A stretch of 63,843 nt of DNA, filler included, from Chiloscyllium plagiosum (lineage: Eukaryota), in the NCBI RefSeq assembly GCF_004010195.1. It is 4 parts of one record of this genome, joined end to end, with 100 filler letters (N's around TTAATTAATTAA, not from the genome) between each part and the next. Parts side by side here need not be neighbours in the genome. Positions count along the whole stretch, not along the records: positions 1 to 24,184 come from NC_057714.1; positions 24,285 to 45,456 come from NC_057714.1; 2 more parts are not named here. One strand, given 5' to 3'. Made by a program: the position numbers and the translations under genes. Below the pieces are notes generated by a model, which worked only from the letters and a program-made list of their open reading frames with translations, was not told where the DNA came from and did no database searches. This document shows positions 12,860 through 24,705 of this stretch, piece after piece. Position 1 is the stretch's first letter, and every line of letters begins with the position of its first letter.

Positions 12860-15760
12860 GTCAACACACCGACAGTGCTGTGCACCTACAATAAATACAC
12901 CTATGGTGTTGCAAACCTACAGCGCCGTACAGCTACAGTAATTACACCTACAGCATTGTGCACCTACAGTAATTACAACGACAATGCTGTGCACCTACAG
13001 TTATTACTTTGAGAGTAATTAAACTGACAGTGATTACATCTACAATGCTGCACACCTACAGTAATTACACCAACAGTGCCGCACACCTACAGCGCTGCAC
13101 AACTACAGCAATTGCACTGACAGTGCTGCACCTCTACAGTGTGGCACATCTACAGTAATTACTCCGACAATGCTGCACACCTACAATAATTACACCAACA
13201 GTGTTGCACACCTACAGCGCTGCACAACTACAGTTATTACACCAACTATGCTGTACACTTTCAGTGCTGCACACCTACAGTAATTACACCTACAGAGCTG
13301 TACACTTGCAGTGCTGCACACCTACAGTAATTACACCGACAGTGCTGTACACTTGCAGTGCTGCACACCGACAATAATTACACTGACAATGCTGCACACC
13401 TACAGTGCTGCACACCTACAATAATTACACTGACAGTGCTGCACACCTACAGTGCTGCACACCTACAGTAATTACACCGACAGTGCTGTACACTTTCAGT
13501 GCTGCACACCTACAGTAATTACACCAACAGAGCTGCACACCTACAATAATTACACCTACAGAGCTGTACACCTACAGTGCTGCACACCTACAGTGATGAA
13601 ACCGACAGAGCTGTACACCTACGGTGCTGCGCACCTACAGTAATTACACCGACAGTGCTGTACACTTTCAGTGCTGCACACCTACAGTGCTGCTCACCTA
13701 CAGTAATTACACCGACAGTGCTGCACACCCACAGTAATTACACTGACAGTGCTGCACACCTACAGTGCTGCGCACCTACAGTAATTACACCGACTGTGCT
13801 GTACAATTTCAGTGCTGCACACCTACAGTAATTACACTGACAGTGCTGCACACCTACAGTGATTAAACCGACAGTGCTGTACACCGACAGTGCTGTGCAC
13901 CTACAGTAATTACATTGACAGTGCTGTACACTTTCAGTACTGCACACCTACAGTAATTACACTGACAGTGCTGTACACCTCCAGTAATTACACTGACAGT
14001 GCTGTACACCTCCAGTGCTGCACACCTACAGTAATTACACCGACAGTGCTGTACACTTTCAGTGCTGTGCACCTACAGTAATTACACCTACAGAGCTGCA
14101 CAGCTACAGTGCTCACAACTACAGAGATTACACCGACAGTGCTGTACACTTTCAGTGCTGCACACCGACAGTAATTAGACCAACAGTGCTGCACATCTAC
14201 AGTGCTGCATGCCTACAGTAAATACACCGCCAATGCTGCACATCGACAGTAATTACACCAACAGAGATACACATCTACAGTAATTAGACCAACAATGCTG
14301 TACACCTACAATGCTGCACAATTACAGTATTTACACCTACAATGCTGCACATCTACAGTAATTACACCGACAGTGCTGCACACCGACAGTGCTGCACACC
14401 TACAATGCTGCACATCTACAGTAATTACACCGACAGTGCTGCACACCGACAGTGCTGCACACCTACAGTGCTGCACACCTACAGTAATTACACCGACAAA
14501 GCTGCACAACTGCAGAGATTACATCGACAGTGCTGCGCACCTACAGTAATTACACTGACAGTGCTGTACACTTTCAGTGCTGTGCACCTACAGTAATTAC
14601 ACCGACAGAGATACACATCTACAGTAATTAGACCAACAATGCTGTACACCTACAATGCTGCACAATTACAGTATTTACACCTACAATGCTGCACATCTAC
14701 AGTAATTACACCGACAGTGCTGCACATCGACAGTGCTGTGCACCTACAGTAATTACACCGACAGTGCTGTACACTTTCAGTGCTGTGCACCTACAGTAAT
14801 TACACCTACAGAGCAGGACACCAACTGTAATTGCACCGACAGAGCTGCACACCTACAGTGCTCACAACTACAGAGATTACACCGACAGTGCTGTACACTT
14901 TCAGTGCTGCACACCGACAGAAATTAGACCAACAGTGCTGCATACCTAATTGCTGCACAATTACAGTAATTACACCTACAGTGCTGCACATCTACAGTGC
15001 TGCACATCTACAGTGCTGCACACCTACAGTGCTGCATACCTACAGTAAATACACCGCCAATGCTGCACATCGACAGTAATTACACCGACAGTGCTGCACA
15101 CCTTCAGTGCTGCACACCTACAGTGCTGCACACCTACAGTAAATACACCTACAGCGCTGCACACCCACAGTAATTACACCAACAGTGCTGCACACCTTCA
15201 GTGCTGCACACCTACAGTAAATACACCTACAGCGCTGCACACCCACAGTAATTACACCGACAGTGCTGCACACCTACAGTGCTGCACACCTACAGTGCTG
15301 CACACCTACAGTGCTGCACACCCACAGTAATTACACCGACAATGCTGCACCACTACAGTGTTGCACACCTACAGTGCTGCACATCTACAGTAATTACACT
15401 TCCACTGTTGCACACCTATAGTGCCACACATCTACAGTAATTACACTTCCACTGTTGCACACCCAAAGTGGCACACATCTACAGTAATTACATCTCCACT
15501 GTTGCACACCCACAGTGCCACACATCTACAGTAATTTCATCTCCACTGTTGCACACCCACAGTAATTACAAGTACAATGCTGCACACCTTCAGTGCTGCA
15601 CAACTAGTGATTACACCTACAATGCTGCACGTTCACAATGCTGTACACCTACAGCGATAACACCTACAGTGTGATTACAGCTACAGTTCTGCACACCTTC
15701 AGACTTTACCTGCAGTACTGTACACTGACAGTAGTTACAACTACAGTGTTGTATACTTAC
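12860..15760. repeat. Complex minisatellite of 16-bp (CAGTGCTGCACACCTA) and 15-bp (CAGTAATTACACCGA) units
   Basis: Contiguous tandem units over ~2.9 kb with degenerate edges. Confidence 0.97.
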
Positions 15761-16494
15761 GATGCTGATTGGGAGGGAATTAGAAAGTTATTTTAATGAG
15801 CTGAACATCAAAGTATGAGGGCTGAATAATCTTTGTCTGTGTTATAAGAGTCCAGGACTGTATCTTCTTTACCTTCTCTAATAAAAGTTTTCCAAAGACT
15901 GACGGCAAATTCTCTCAGATTTTCATTGCTACATCAGTGTATGGACAGAACAACGTGAGGAAACCAGGAAACTAAATCAAAGGGGAGAAAGCTTTGGTCT
16001 TCAGAAGTAATTAAGCTGAGGCTGAAGACGCATGATATGGGATTTCTCTTGGGGCACTGACAGCTCCACCTCATGTGTTATTGTGCAAAGCCTTTTCATC
16101 CTCTCCAATACCTGCAGTCCAAAGAAAATACATATCGAAACGTGACCTTGGACAAAGTCGTTTGTTCATAAATATTCAATGTTTCTTTAAGGAGAACGTT
16201 TCCTCCCTCGTTAACTTTTGCTGGAGATTAGCAGGGTTACACAGACAGAATACCTCATGCTATCTTTCTCAATCAATCAGAAATTGTCCAATGAAACACC
16301 AAACAAAAAGTTAAAAAAAAAAAAATCACAGCATGGAGAAGATAAATTATGTGTACTTTGTTTCCATTGCTGGCGACCAGTGAATATTATTTTACTCATG
16401 TTTCCCTATCTTTGCTCCGAGTATGGCTGTGTTATGAGAGTCCAAAGACTCAAACATGAAAATCAAGTCGGACCCAACACTGCTGTCCACAGTG

Positions 16495-16850
16495 TCATCG
16501 AGTCACAGAGCTGTACAGCATGGAAACAGCCTTCAGTCCAACTCACCCATGACAACCAGATATCCTAACCTAATCTAGTCCCATTTGCCAGCATTTGGCC
16601 ATATCCCTCTAAACTCTTGCTGTTCATATATCCATCCAATGCCTGTTAAATGTTGTAGTTGTACCAGCCTCCACCATTTCCTCTGGAAACTCATTCCATA
16701 CACATACCATCCTCTGCATGAAAAAGTTGCTCCTTAGTTCCCTTTTACATTTTCCCACTCTCTCACCTTAGACCCATGCCCTGCCTTTTTGAACTCCCCT
16801 ACTGTATCCATGTAGCTCACGACTTTATACATCTCTGTAAGGTCACCGCT
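16495..16850 (-). mobile_element. CR1 LINE 3' fragment
   Basis: Reverse complement of the CR1 tail seen at 40860-41085. Confidence 0.85.
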
Positions 16851-17160
16851 TAGGACTGCACTGTCAGAGGTACTGCATTTCGCATTAGATAATGAAGGAA
16901 GTGTAAGGTGGGGGTGAGGTGGGTGTTAACATCTGCAATTTGTCCAATTATGTCTGTTTCATATGATTATGTCAAGAGAACTGTGGGGAAGTAGGAACAC
17001 TGACAGCTGTCATGAGATAACATTTGTCTAGAATAAACTGTAAATAAACAGCTCTCATAGAAAGTTCCATAGACTCAAGTTGCAGCCCTTTCAGAGATGT
17101 TATGGATCCCAGCTGAGATTATTACTGGGCAAGTAAGATCACAGACTGAAATCCGGTTTC

Positions 17161-17443
17161 ACAGAATCCCTACAGTGTGGAAACAGGTGATTTGGCCCAT
17201 CAGGTCCAGACTGACCCTCTGATCAGCAATTCACCCAGGCCCATCACCCTCTAACCCATGGCTAATCCACCTGACCTGCATATCTTCAGACTGTGGCAGG
17301 AAACTGGAACGACTGGATGAAACCCACGTAGACATGGAGAGAATGTGCAAACTCCTCACAGGAGGTCACCCGAGGCGGGAATTGAACTTGGGTCCCTGGC
17401 TCTGAGAGACAGCAGTGCTAACCACTGAGCCACCGTGCCAGCC
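17161..17443 (-). mobile_element. HE1-like SINE
   Basis: Reverse complement of the HE1 head (GCTAACCACTGAGCCACC) and tail. Confidence 0.9.
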
Positions 17444-17864
17444 CAAACCTGGCTTGATTGAGCAAGTTTTGTTTTGGCTTTAACAAGCTGGTTTCTCACT
17501 GCAACATAAGCACACAATGTTGCAGACTTGATTTTAACGTTAAAACAGAAGTTAATCAAAAGCGATGAAGGTAAAATAGAATACCCCAAACTGTTTACAT
17601 ATAACACAAACTTAAAGACTTCTAAACACATAGTTAAATCACAATCCCAAAACCCTCCTTTACAGATTCTAAAATCACTCTGACAGATCTCAAAAACATC
17701 TGTTGCATAGCACTCACACCAGAGAATCACTGACCCTAATACCCTGATAAGCTTAACTTAACTGCAACTTTAACTCCCAGTCTAGAAAATTTGTTAGCCT
17801 TTTCCTGGAAATTTCCTACACTTTCATCTTCAAATAACCTATTCTTGATATTATAAAAACAATT

Positions 17865-17990
17865 CCTGATGAAGGGCTTTTGGCCGGAACATCAATTTTC
17901 CTGCTCCTCGGATGTTGCCCGACCTGCTGTGCTTTTCCAGCACCACACTCTCGACTCTAATCTCCAGCATCTGCAGTCCTTGCTTTCACC
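17865..17990 (+). mobile_element. Solo Penelope pLTR with degenerate hammerhead motif
   Basis: TSD TAAAAACAATT at 17854-17864 and 17991-18001; begins CCTGATGAAGGGC. Confidence 0.85.
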
Positions 17991-18275
17991 TAAAAACAAT
18001 TTCTGTCTGAGATCATCATTAAACCCCTTACTCTAAGCTGATCTAGTTTTAACAAATGTAACTAACTGTCTTCCTTTCCAGGATATTTTACACATCCTTA
18101 TTCATCCGAGCACTTCTGCAGAATTGTTCTGAAATGAAAATAAAACTGAAAAGCCTCTCTCTGTGAGGTGTGGGTGCTCCCCCCTAAGTTTAAAGAACTA
18201 ATTCCAGAAATTTCAAACTGATGCCTTGGTTCGCAGTTGGTTACTTTACTTGGTTAGAAATACTTGCTAATCACA

Positions 18276-18484
18276 GTCAAAAAGTAGTGGTGCTGGAAAA
18301 GCACAGCCGGTCAGACAGCATCCGAGGAGCAGGAGAGTTGACATTTCGGGTGAGCTCTTCATCAGGGTTTCTTATGCTTGAAACGTCGACTCTCCAGCTC
18401 CTCAGATGTTGCCTGACCTGCTGTGCTTTTCCAGCACCACATTCTTGACTTTGATCTGCAGCATCTGCAGTCCTCACTTTCTCC
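18276..18484. mobile_element. Inverted pair of Penelope pLTR fragments
   Basis: TSD TACTTG(C/T)TAATCACA at 18261-18275 and 18485-18499; arms are reverse complements. Confidence 0.85.
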
Positions 18485-18654
18485 TACTTGTTAATCACAC
18501 ACTAGTTCTGAAAGCTACCTCCCTCTTGCCTTTTTAAAGGGAGTCATGGCTAAAGAAACACCTACAAGTTAATCATCAAACTCACCCAGAAAAAACCATA
18601 TGTTACTTAAGTAAAAGTTTAAACTTTAACTTAATTAGATTCAAAATATGAAGT

Positions 18655-18855
18655 TGCTATTGTCCCAGAGGGTTGCTTTCTCCTTAGAGAAACATGACTG
18701 GTGGTGAGTCTAACCTGGGGTTACCACATCTCAAGTCAGGGGTGAGGTTGAGAAGGTGGGATCTTCATGTTAATCTCAGCCTGGTCTGGGAAGTGAACCA
18801 GTGCTGTCATGGTATCAGTCTGCATCTGAAACCAGCCGCCCAGCCAACTCAACTA
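18655..18855 (-). mobile_element. tRNA-derived SINE family 3
   Basis: Reverse complement of the element at 30764-31345 (head GGTTAGCTCAGTTGG). Confidence 0.7.
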
Positions 18856-21204
18856 AAACATGCATGAAAAACACACCCGACATCACAGAGACTAAATAGA
18901 GTTTGCCCACCTACACACAGTAAAACACCACAAAGCCCTCTCTGGATGCTCAGATGGATGTGACAGATTCTATGGCAATACTTGGAAGAACAGGAGTTAT
19001 CCAGCCAATACCTATTGCTCAATTGCTATCACTAAAACAAATGATCTGATCATTATCACAACACTGTCTGTAGATACAGGATGACTGCCTCATTTCCTGC
19101 ATTCTATCAGGGACTATACCACGAAAAGATATTTATATGCAGATGTAAATGTAAAAAAATGTAATGTAAGATGTATGGAACTTATGGATTTTTGAGGTGA
19201 CCTCCAGTTTGTCATCATTTCGGCCTTCCGCTCGATTGAGCTCCCTCTTCCCCCTCAGGCCTTGTGTTCCTCCTACTCCTGAGGGTAATTAAAATTCTAC
19301 ACTTATTCTCATGCAGTACTGGTACGTGGGCGACTGAGTGCACCAAAACAGCGCGCAATATTTACACGATTGTGTTAAGGCATGCACCTCCATTGGAAAT
19401 GAAACCCTTTGGGTACACAGAAGGAATACTCCTAACAGGCTGCCATTAAGTTGTAGAAATTTGTTGAAAAAAAAGAGTTCACTCAATATGCATCAGAGGT
19501 ATGAGCTGAAGCAATGTTAGTGCAACAGGCTGGTAGATTGCCTTGTACTGACTCCACTGTCACACAGGAAAATACACTTGATAAATTGTCATGACAACCT
19601 CAGGCAGTGGAAGAATTACTCTTCAGAATGAGAATTCAGGCCATAATTCAGAAACAGTCTATACATTTTGACTGCAAGAATGGGATTTTCATTAGATAGA
19701 AGCTATTCTTACTGTTCCGAGCTGTTTGTTTTTTACTTTATGTGCTTAGAGACACAAACAGATGACTGAAAACTGCCTATCTCTGTACTTCAATTAGTGT
19801 TGTCCTTCACAAAATCTGCTTGGTTCGTTTGCACCTTTGAACTTTGGAATAGCAGTGGCACGAGCCACAATTCTATTTAATTCTCCTCAGACAGGGGAAT
19901 ATACCATCTCTATTACAGAGGTGAGAATAGGACTCACTGAGTAGCTACACACTGATTAAACTAATACCAGTAATGAACTAGTTTTGAGCAAATATGTTCA
20001 ACTCTGGGTAGCAGAGGAAGACTACCAGATTGAATCAATGGCTGGCTTTCTCTCCTGATTTTCATTTCAGTTTGCATCAGTGACAATGATAATTGGGGAC
20101 AGACATATAACAGGTAACTGATCGTGTATTGCCTGTTTGTCACATTAGAAATGTTGGAGGCCATTTGACCCCTCAAGTCTGTATTCATGCTAACCCTGGC
20201 TGGTGTGGGAATTGAACACATGCTGTTGGCATCAGTCTGTGACACAAAGCAGCCCTCCAGCCAACTGAGCTAAAACATACATGAGAAACACACCTTACAT
20301 CACAGGGACTAAATAGAGTTAGACCACACATACATGCACATAGCTCCCTCTATACGCTCAGATAAATATGAAAGATTCCATGGCACTCTTTTGAATCCTC
20401 AAAGTCATCTATCCAACATATTCATAGGGACAGAGAAACCTGGTCCCCAAAGGCCTGAGGTGCATCAACACCCTGAGCAATTTAGGTGCTTCTGTAATTT
20501 TCACCTTTTATAACATGCCATTAACTGACTACATTTTTGAAGCAATGCCCCATCAGAGTTTGTAGCTGCTGTTTAACCTGATTTAGTATTTTCCTTTCAG
20601 GCCATTCAGCCCTTCGGGTCTGCTCCGTCTGGCTGACCCTATATCTCAATGTCGTGTTCCCTCCTCCCTTCATCCCTGCACCGTCTGACAACATGCTGTT
20701 GTGTGCCTGACTGATCAATCCATGCTTCAGGGGAGTCCACAAATATTGCTCCATGGTCTGACTGGTGCTAATTTTACAAAAGTCTGCTTCAATATCTCCG
20801 AGCAGCTGCATGTTTTGGTCATCTAAGGTTGTATGTAAATGCAACCTTTCCAAGAGATCTCGAGAGCAACCACTTAGCACATCTTCCACTGTTTAACCAA
20901 AATAAACTTGCAGGAACTTAATATAGGTTTTACATTTGCTAAAGACACACATGCCATTGCTTGCCTTGTTGACAATGATCCCTAATTTAGCTGTAATTGT
21001 TGCTCTATTTTAAATATCTAATTACTGCAATTCGTGATGTGAAATCCCAAACCTCCTGGACGGGTAAAAATGTAATAAGCACCATTCATTCCGTTTCTGC
21101 TAACTGCAAAATCCAAACCAAAGCCACCCAAGGTCTGAAGTCCTTGCAATTTAACCAAGTCTATCTTAGTAGGTCTATCTTGCACAGCAAGCAACTGAAG
21201 ACAA

Positions 21205-21410
21205 GGGCAAATGAAAATACTGGGAAAACTCAGCAGGCCAGGGGCTCCATCCATGTAGGGTAACAGAGTCAACGTTTTCAAACCCTTCCAACGAACAGGT
21301 CATCAACCCGAAACATTAACTCTGCTTTGTTCTCCATGCATCCTGTCAGATCCGCTGAGTTTTTCCAGCAATTTCGCTATTATTTCCAGTGCTTGCAGTA
21401 TTTTGAATTT
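21205..21410. mobile_element. Inverted pair of Penelope-terminus fragments (another subfamily)
   Basis: GAAAACTCAGCAGG arm and GAAACATTAACTCTG...GCTGAGTTTTTCCAG arm; related copies at ~31585-31700, 35825-35953, 61280-61575. Confidence 0.65.
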
Positions 21411-22409
21411 TGGATGCCAGCGATGGTGATGTCTCCTGACTCTGATCACCTGCTGGAATTGTTGATTTCCTGCTCCCCTTTTTGATTTTATTCCCTCCTT
21501 CTCCTGCCCCTGTTGCAGATGCATTCTGGCAGCTTCTTGTGCAATCATTAATGTTGAGCTTATGAAATGTAAATTGGATAAACAATGTCCTGCTGATATC
21601 TGCTTATGTTCAATAGGACGACTCCCCCGGGGAATTTGGCATTCAGATATGCCGGAGTGCAGCTGCTTGAGTTGATATTTCAAAGCAGCTCCTTAGGACT
21701 TTTGTTTGGCAGCAAAATATTGTCGGCCATAATGCTCAGCTGTCTCATCCCTCTACGCACTGCAAAGTGAGATTCCTCGCAGCGTTTGCCCTTAAGGCTT
21801 TCTGCAAAACCTAAAGCTCCCAGTCACTCATTCACAACTCTGCTGTTCTTGAGGTTACTTCCAGCTGGTGTCATTTTTACTTGCCTGCTTTTATATTTGA
21901 TGATATTCACTTATTTGCCTGTTAGCAGACATGGACTGAGATTATGTCACATTGTCATGTGTCAACTGTGAGATCAGAGGTGACAGCTCCGGAATAATGC
22001 CCTGAGTTGGACATGAAATGTAAGCAGGCAGAAGAATGGCAGGAAGCCATTAATGTGGAAGATTTCAAAGGACTGCCATCGCTCGCAAAATCAGATGCCA
22101 CGAGTGTCTCATAATGTTTTATGATGATTGGCAGAAGTTCCAGGTGCAGATGCAAAGACTATTTTAATGCAGGTTGTGTTGTTGATCTGGGGCTGCCCAA
22201 CAGGACAATAGGAGCATATGCCATATCACCTTGCAAAAGAGAATGTGATACATTATATTGGATTATAGAGTACTTACAGCACAAAAATGGCCTATTTCGT
22301 CCAATAGATCAAACTCTTTCTGACCCCTCCATTTAAATCTATCTGTAGCTTCCTTTTATGCTGCCCACCTCATCTCTTTATAGGAGTGAGCACCATATTC
22401 TAACCAGTC

Positions 22410-22920
22410 TTTATTGGTCAGTGCATTGAGTACAGGGGTTAGGAGGTCATGTTATGGATGTACAGGACATTGGTTAGGCTACTTTTGAAATAATGCATTC
22501 AATTCTGGTCTCCCTGCTATTGGAAAGATGTTGTGAAACTTGAAAGTGTTCAGAAAGGTTTTACAAGGATGTTGCCAGGGTTGGAATGTTTGAGCTACAG
22601 GGAGAGGCTGAACAGGCTAGGGCTGTTTTCCCTGCAGCCTCGGAGGCTGAGGGGTGACCTTATCGAGATTTTTTAAATCCTGAGGGGAATGGATAGGGTG
22701 TGTAGTCAAGGTCTTTTGCTCAGGATAGGGGCGTCCAAAACTAGAGGGCACAGGTTGAAGGTGAAAGGGGAAAGATTTAAAAGGGATCCAAGGGGCAACT
22801 TTTTCACGTGGAGGGTAGTGCGTGTATGGAATGAGCTGCCAGAGGATGTGGTGGAGGCTGGTACAATTACAACAATTTAAAAGGGATGGATCGAGGTGGG
22901 TACATAAATAGGAAGGGTGA
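22410..22920 (+). mobile_element. CR1 LINE 3' fragment
   Basis: TRGHRLKVKGERFKRDPRGNFFTWRVVRVWNELP. Confidence 0.93.
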
Positions 22921-23409
22921 CCAAATTTGGTAAGCATTCTCACCTCCTTTTTCTTATTTCTGAAATTCCATGGTTTGCTTCTGTCCAGGCTGCCATTGAG
23001 AACTTTACCTGAATTCCTGGGCTCTCTCTGAAAGCAGAGGCTGTACTGCACCATCTCACATATGCCACTAGATGGAGCTTGGTCAACTAAAACTTCATCA
23101 GGTGAGTTTAACATTTACCATTATTATTTATAATTTATTTCACATTTATTTTTATCAGTTTAATACTTATCTATTGTAGTTACATTAGGGTCTTTATACT
23201 GCGGTGGTAGTGTTCCAGAAGGACTGGGTTTAATTCCCACCTACTCCTGAGGTGTGTAATACATCTCTGAACTCGTTGATTTGAAAATAGGATTATATTT
23301 AAAGAGGTATTTCTCTCACTCTTTAGCATTCATTTTTAAGTAAATGCCATTTTATTTAAGATTGTAAAATCATTTGGTCTTTTTTTATATGCATGTCTTT
23401 TTTTATGGC

Positions 23410-24184
23410 CATAACAGAGACATGGGTTTCTCAGGGACAGGAATGGTTGCTGGATGTTCCAGGGTTTAGAGCATTTAAAAAGAATAGGGAGGGGAGATAA
23501 AGAGGAGGGGGTGTAGCACTGCTAATCAGAGAGGGTGTCACAGCTACAGAAGCTTCCATGGTCGTGGAAGATCTGCCTACCGAGTCAGTATGGGTGGAAA
23601 TTAGGAACAGCAAGGGAGCAGTCACCTCTTTAGGGGTTTACTACAGGCCCCCCAATAGCAGCAGGGAGATGGAAGAAAGCATAGCTCGGCAGATTTTGGA
23701 AAAGTGTGGACGTAGTAGGGTTGTTGTAATGGCTGACTTTAACTTTCCCAATATTGATTGGAACCCCCTTCGAGCTGAAGATTTGAATGGAGCTGTTTTT
23801 GGAAGGTGTGTTCAGGAGGGTTTCCTAACTCAGTACGTTGACAGGCCGACGAGGGGAGAGGCCATTCTAGACTTGGTGCTCGGCAATGAGCCGGGGGAGG
23901 TATCAGATCTTGTGGTGGGAGAGCATTTTGGTGATAGTAACCACAACTGCCACACATTCTACATAGCTATGGAGAAGGAGAGGATCAGGCAAAATGGGAG
24001 GATATTTAATTGGGAAGAGGAAACTACGATGCGATTAGACATGAGTTAGGAAGCATGGATTGGGAGCAATTGTTCCATGGTAAAGGCACTATAGACATGT
24101 GGACTATGTTTAAGGAACAGTTGTTGCAAGTGATGAATAAATATGTCCCTCTGAGACAGGCAAGAAGTGGTAAGATAAAGGAAC
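23410..24184 (+). mobile_element. CR1 LINE ORF2, AP-endonuclease domain
   Basis: GVYYRPPNS, VVMADFNFPNIDW, PTRGEAILDLVLGNE, HFGDSNH. Confidence 0.95.
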
Positions 24185-24284
24185 NNNNNNNNNNNNNNNN
24201 NNNNNNNNNNNNNNNNNNNNNNNNNNNNTTAATTAATTAANNNNNNNNNNNNNNNNNNNNNNNNNNNNNNNNNNNNNNNNNNNN
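24185..24284. other. Assembly gap linker N-TTAATTAATTAA-N
   Basis: Same 100-bp construct at 45457-45556 and 60922-61021. Confidence 0.95.
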
Positions 24285-24705
24285 GATAGGAAGGAGACCA
24301 GAATTGCATGCAATATTCCAACAGTGGCCTAACCAATGTCCTGTACAGCTGCAACATGACCTCCCAACTCCTAGACTCAATACACTGACCAATAAAGTAA
24401 AGCATACCAAGCGCCTTCTTCACTGTCCTATCAACCTGCAACTCCACTTTCAAGGAGCTATGAACCTGCACTCCGAGGTCTCTTTGTTTAGGACTGAAGT
24501 TAGGGGTAGGTTCTTCACTCAGCGAGTTGTAAGTTCATGGAATGCCCTGCCAGCAGCAGTGGTGGACTCTCCCTCTTTATGGGCATTTAAGCGGGCATTG
24601 GATAGGTATATGGAGGATAGTGGGTTAGTATAGGTTAGGTGGGCTTGGATCGGCGCAACATCGAGGGCCAAAGGGCCTGTACTGCGCTGTATTCTTCTAT
24701 GTTCA
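24285..24705. mobile_element. CR1 fragments joined in opposite orientation (- 24285-24487, + 24488-24705)
   Basis: Minus-strand LYRTLVRPLLEYCMQFWSP directly abuts plus-strand FRTEVRGRFFTQRVV. Confidence 0.85.

Larger units (their letters stand above)
17098..18887. mobile_element. Probable solo LTR carrying four younger insertions
   Basis: Termini TGTTATG...CATCACA (6/7 inverted match); flanked by GAGA at 17094-17097 and 18888-18891. Confidence 0.55.

Noticed and set aside
12860..15760. CRISPR array or mucin-like CDS
   Set aside because: No unique spacers or cas genes, and the context is eukaryotic; mixed 15/16-bp units shift frame and TAA stops recur, so there is no long ORF
19264..19520. 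CpG-containing short ORFs as an exon
   Set aside because: All frames stop quickly and no convincing donor site was found
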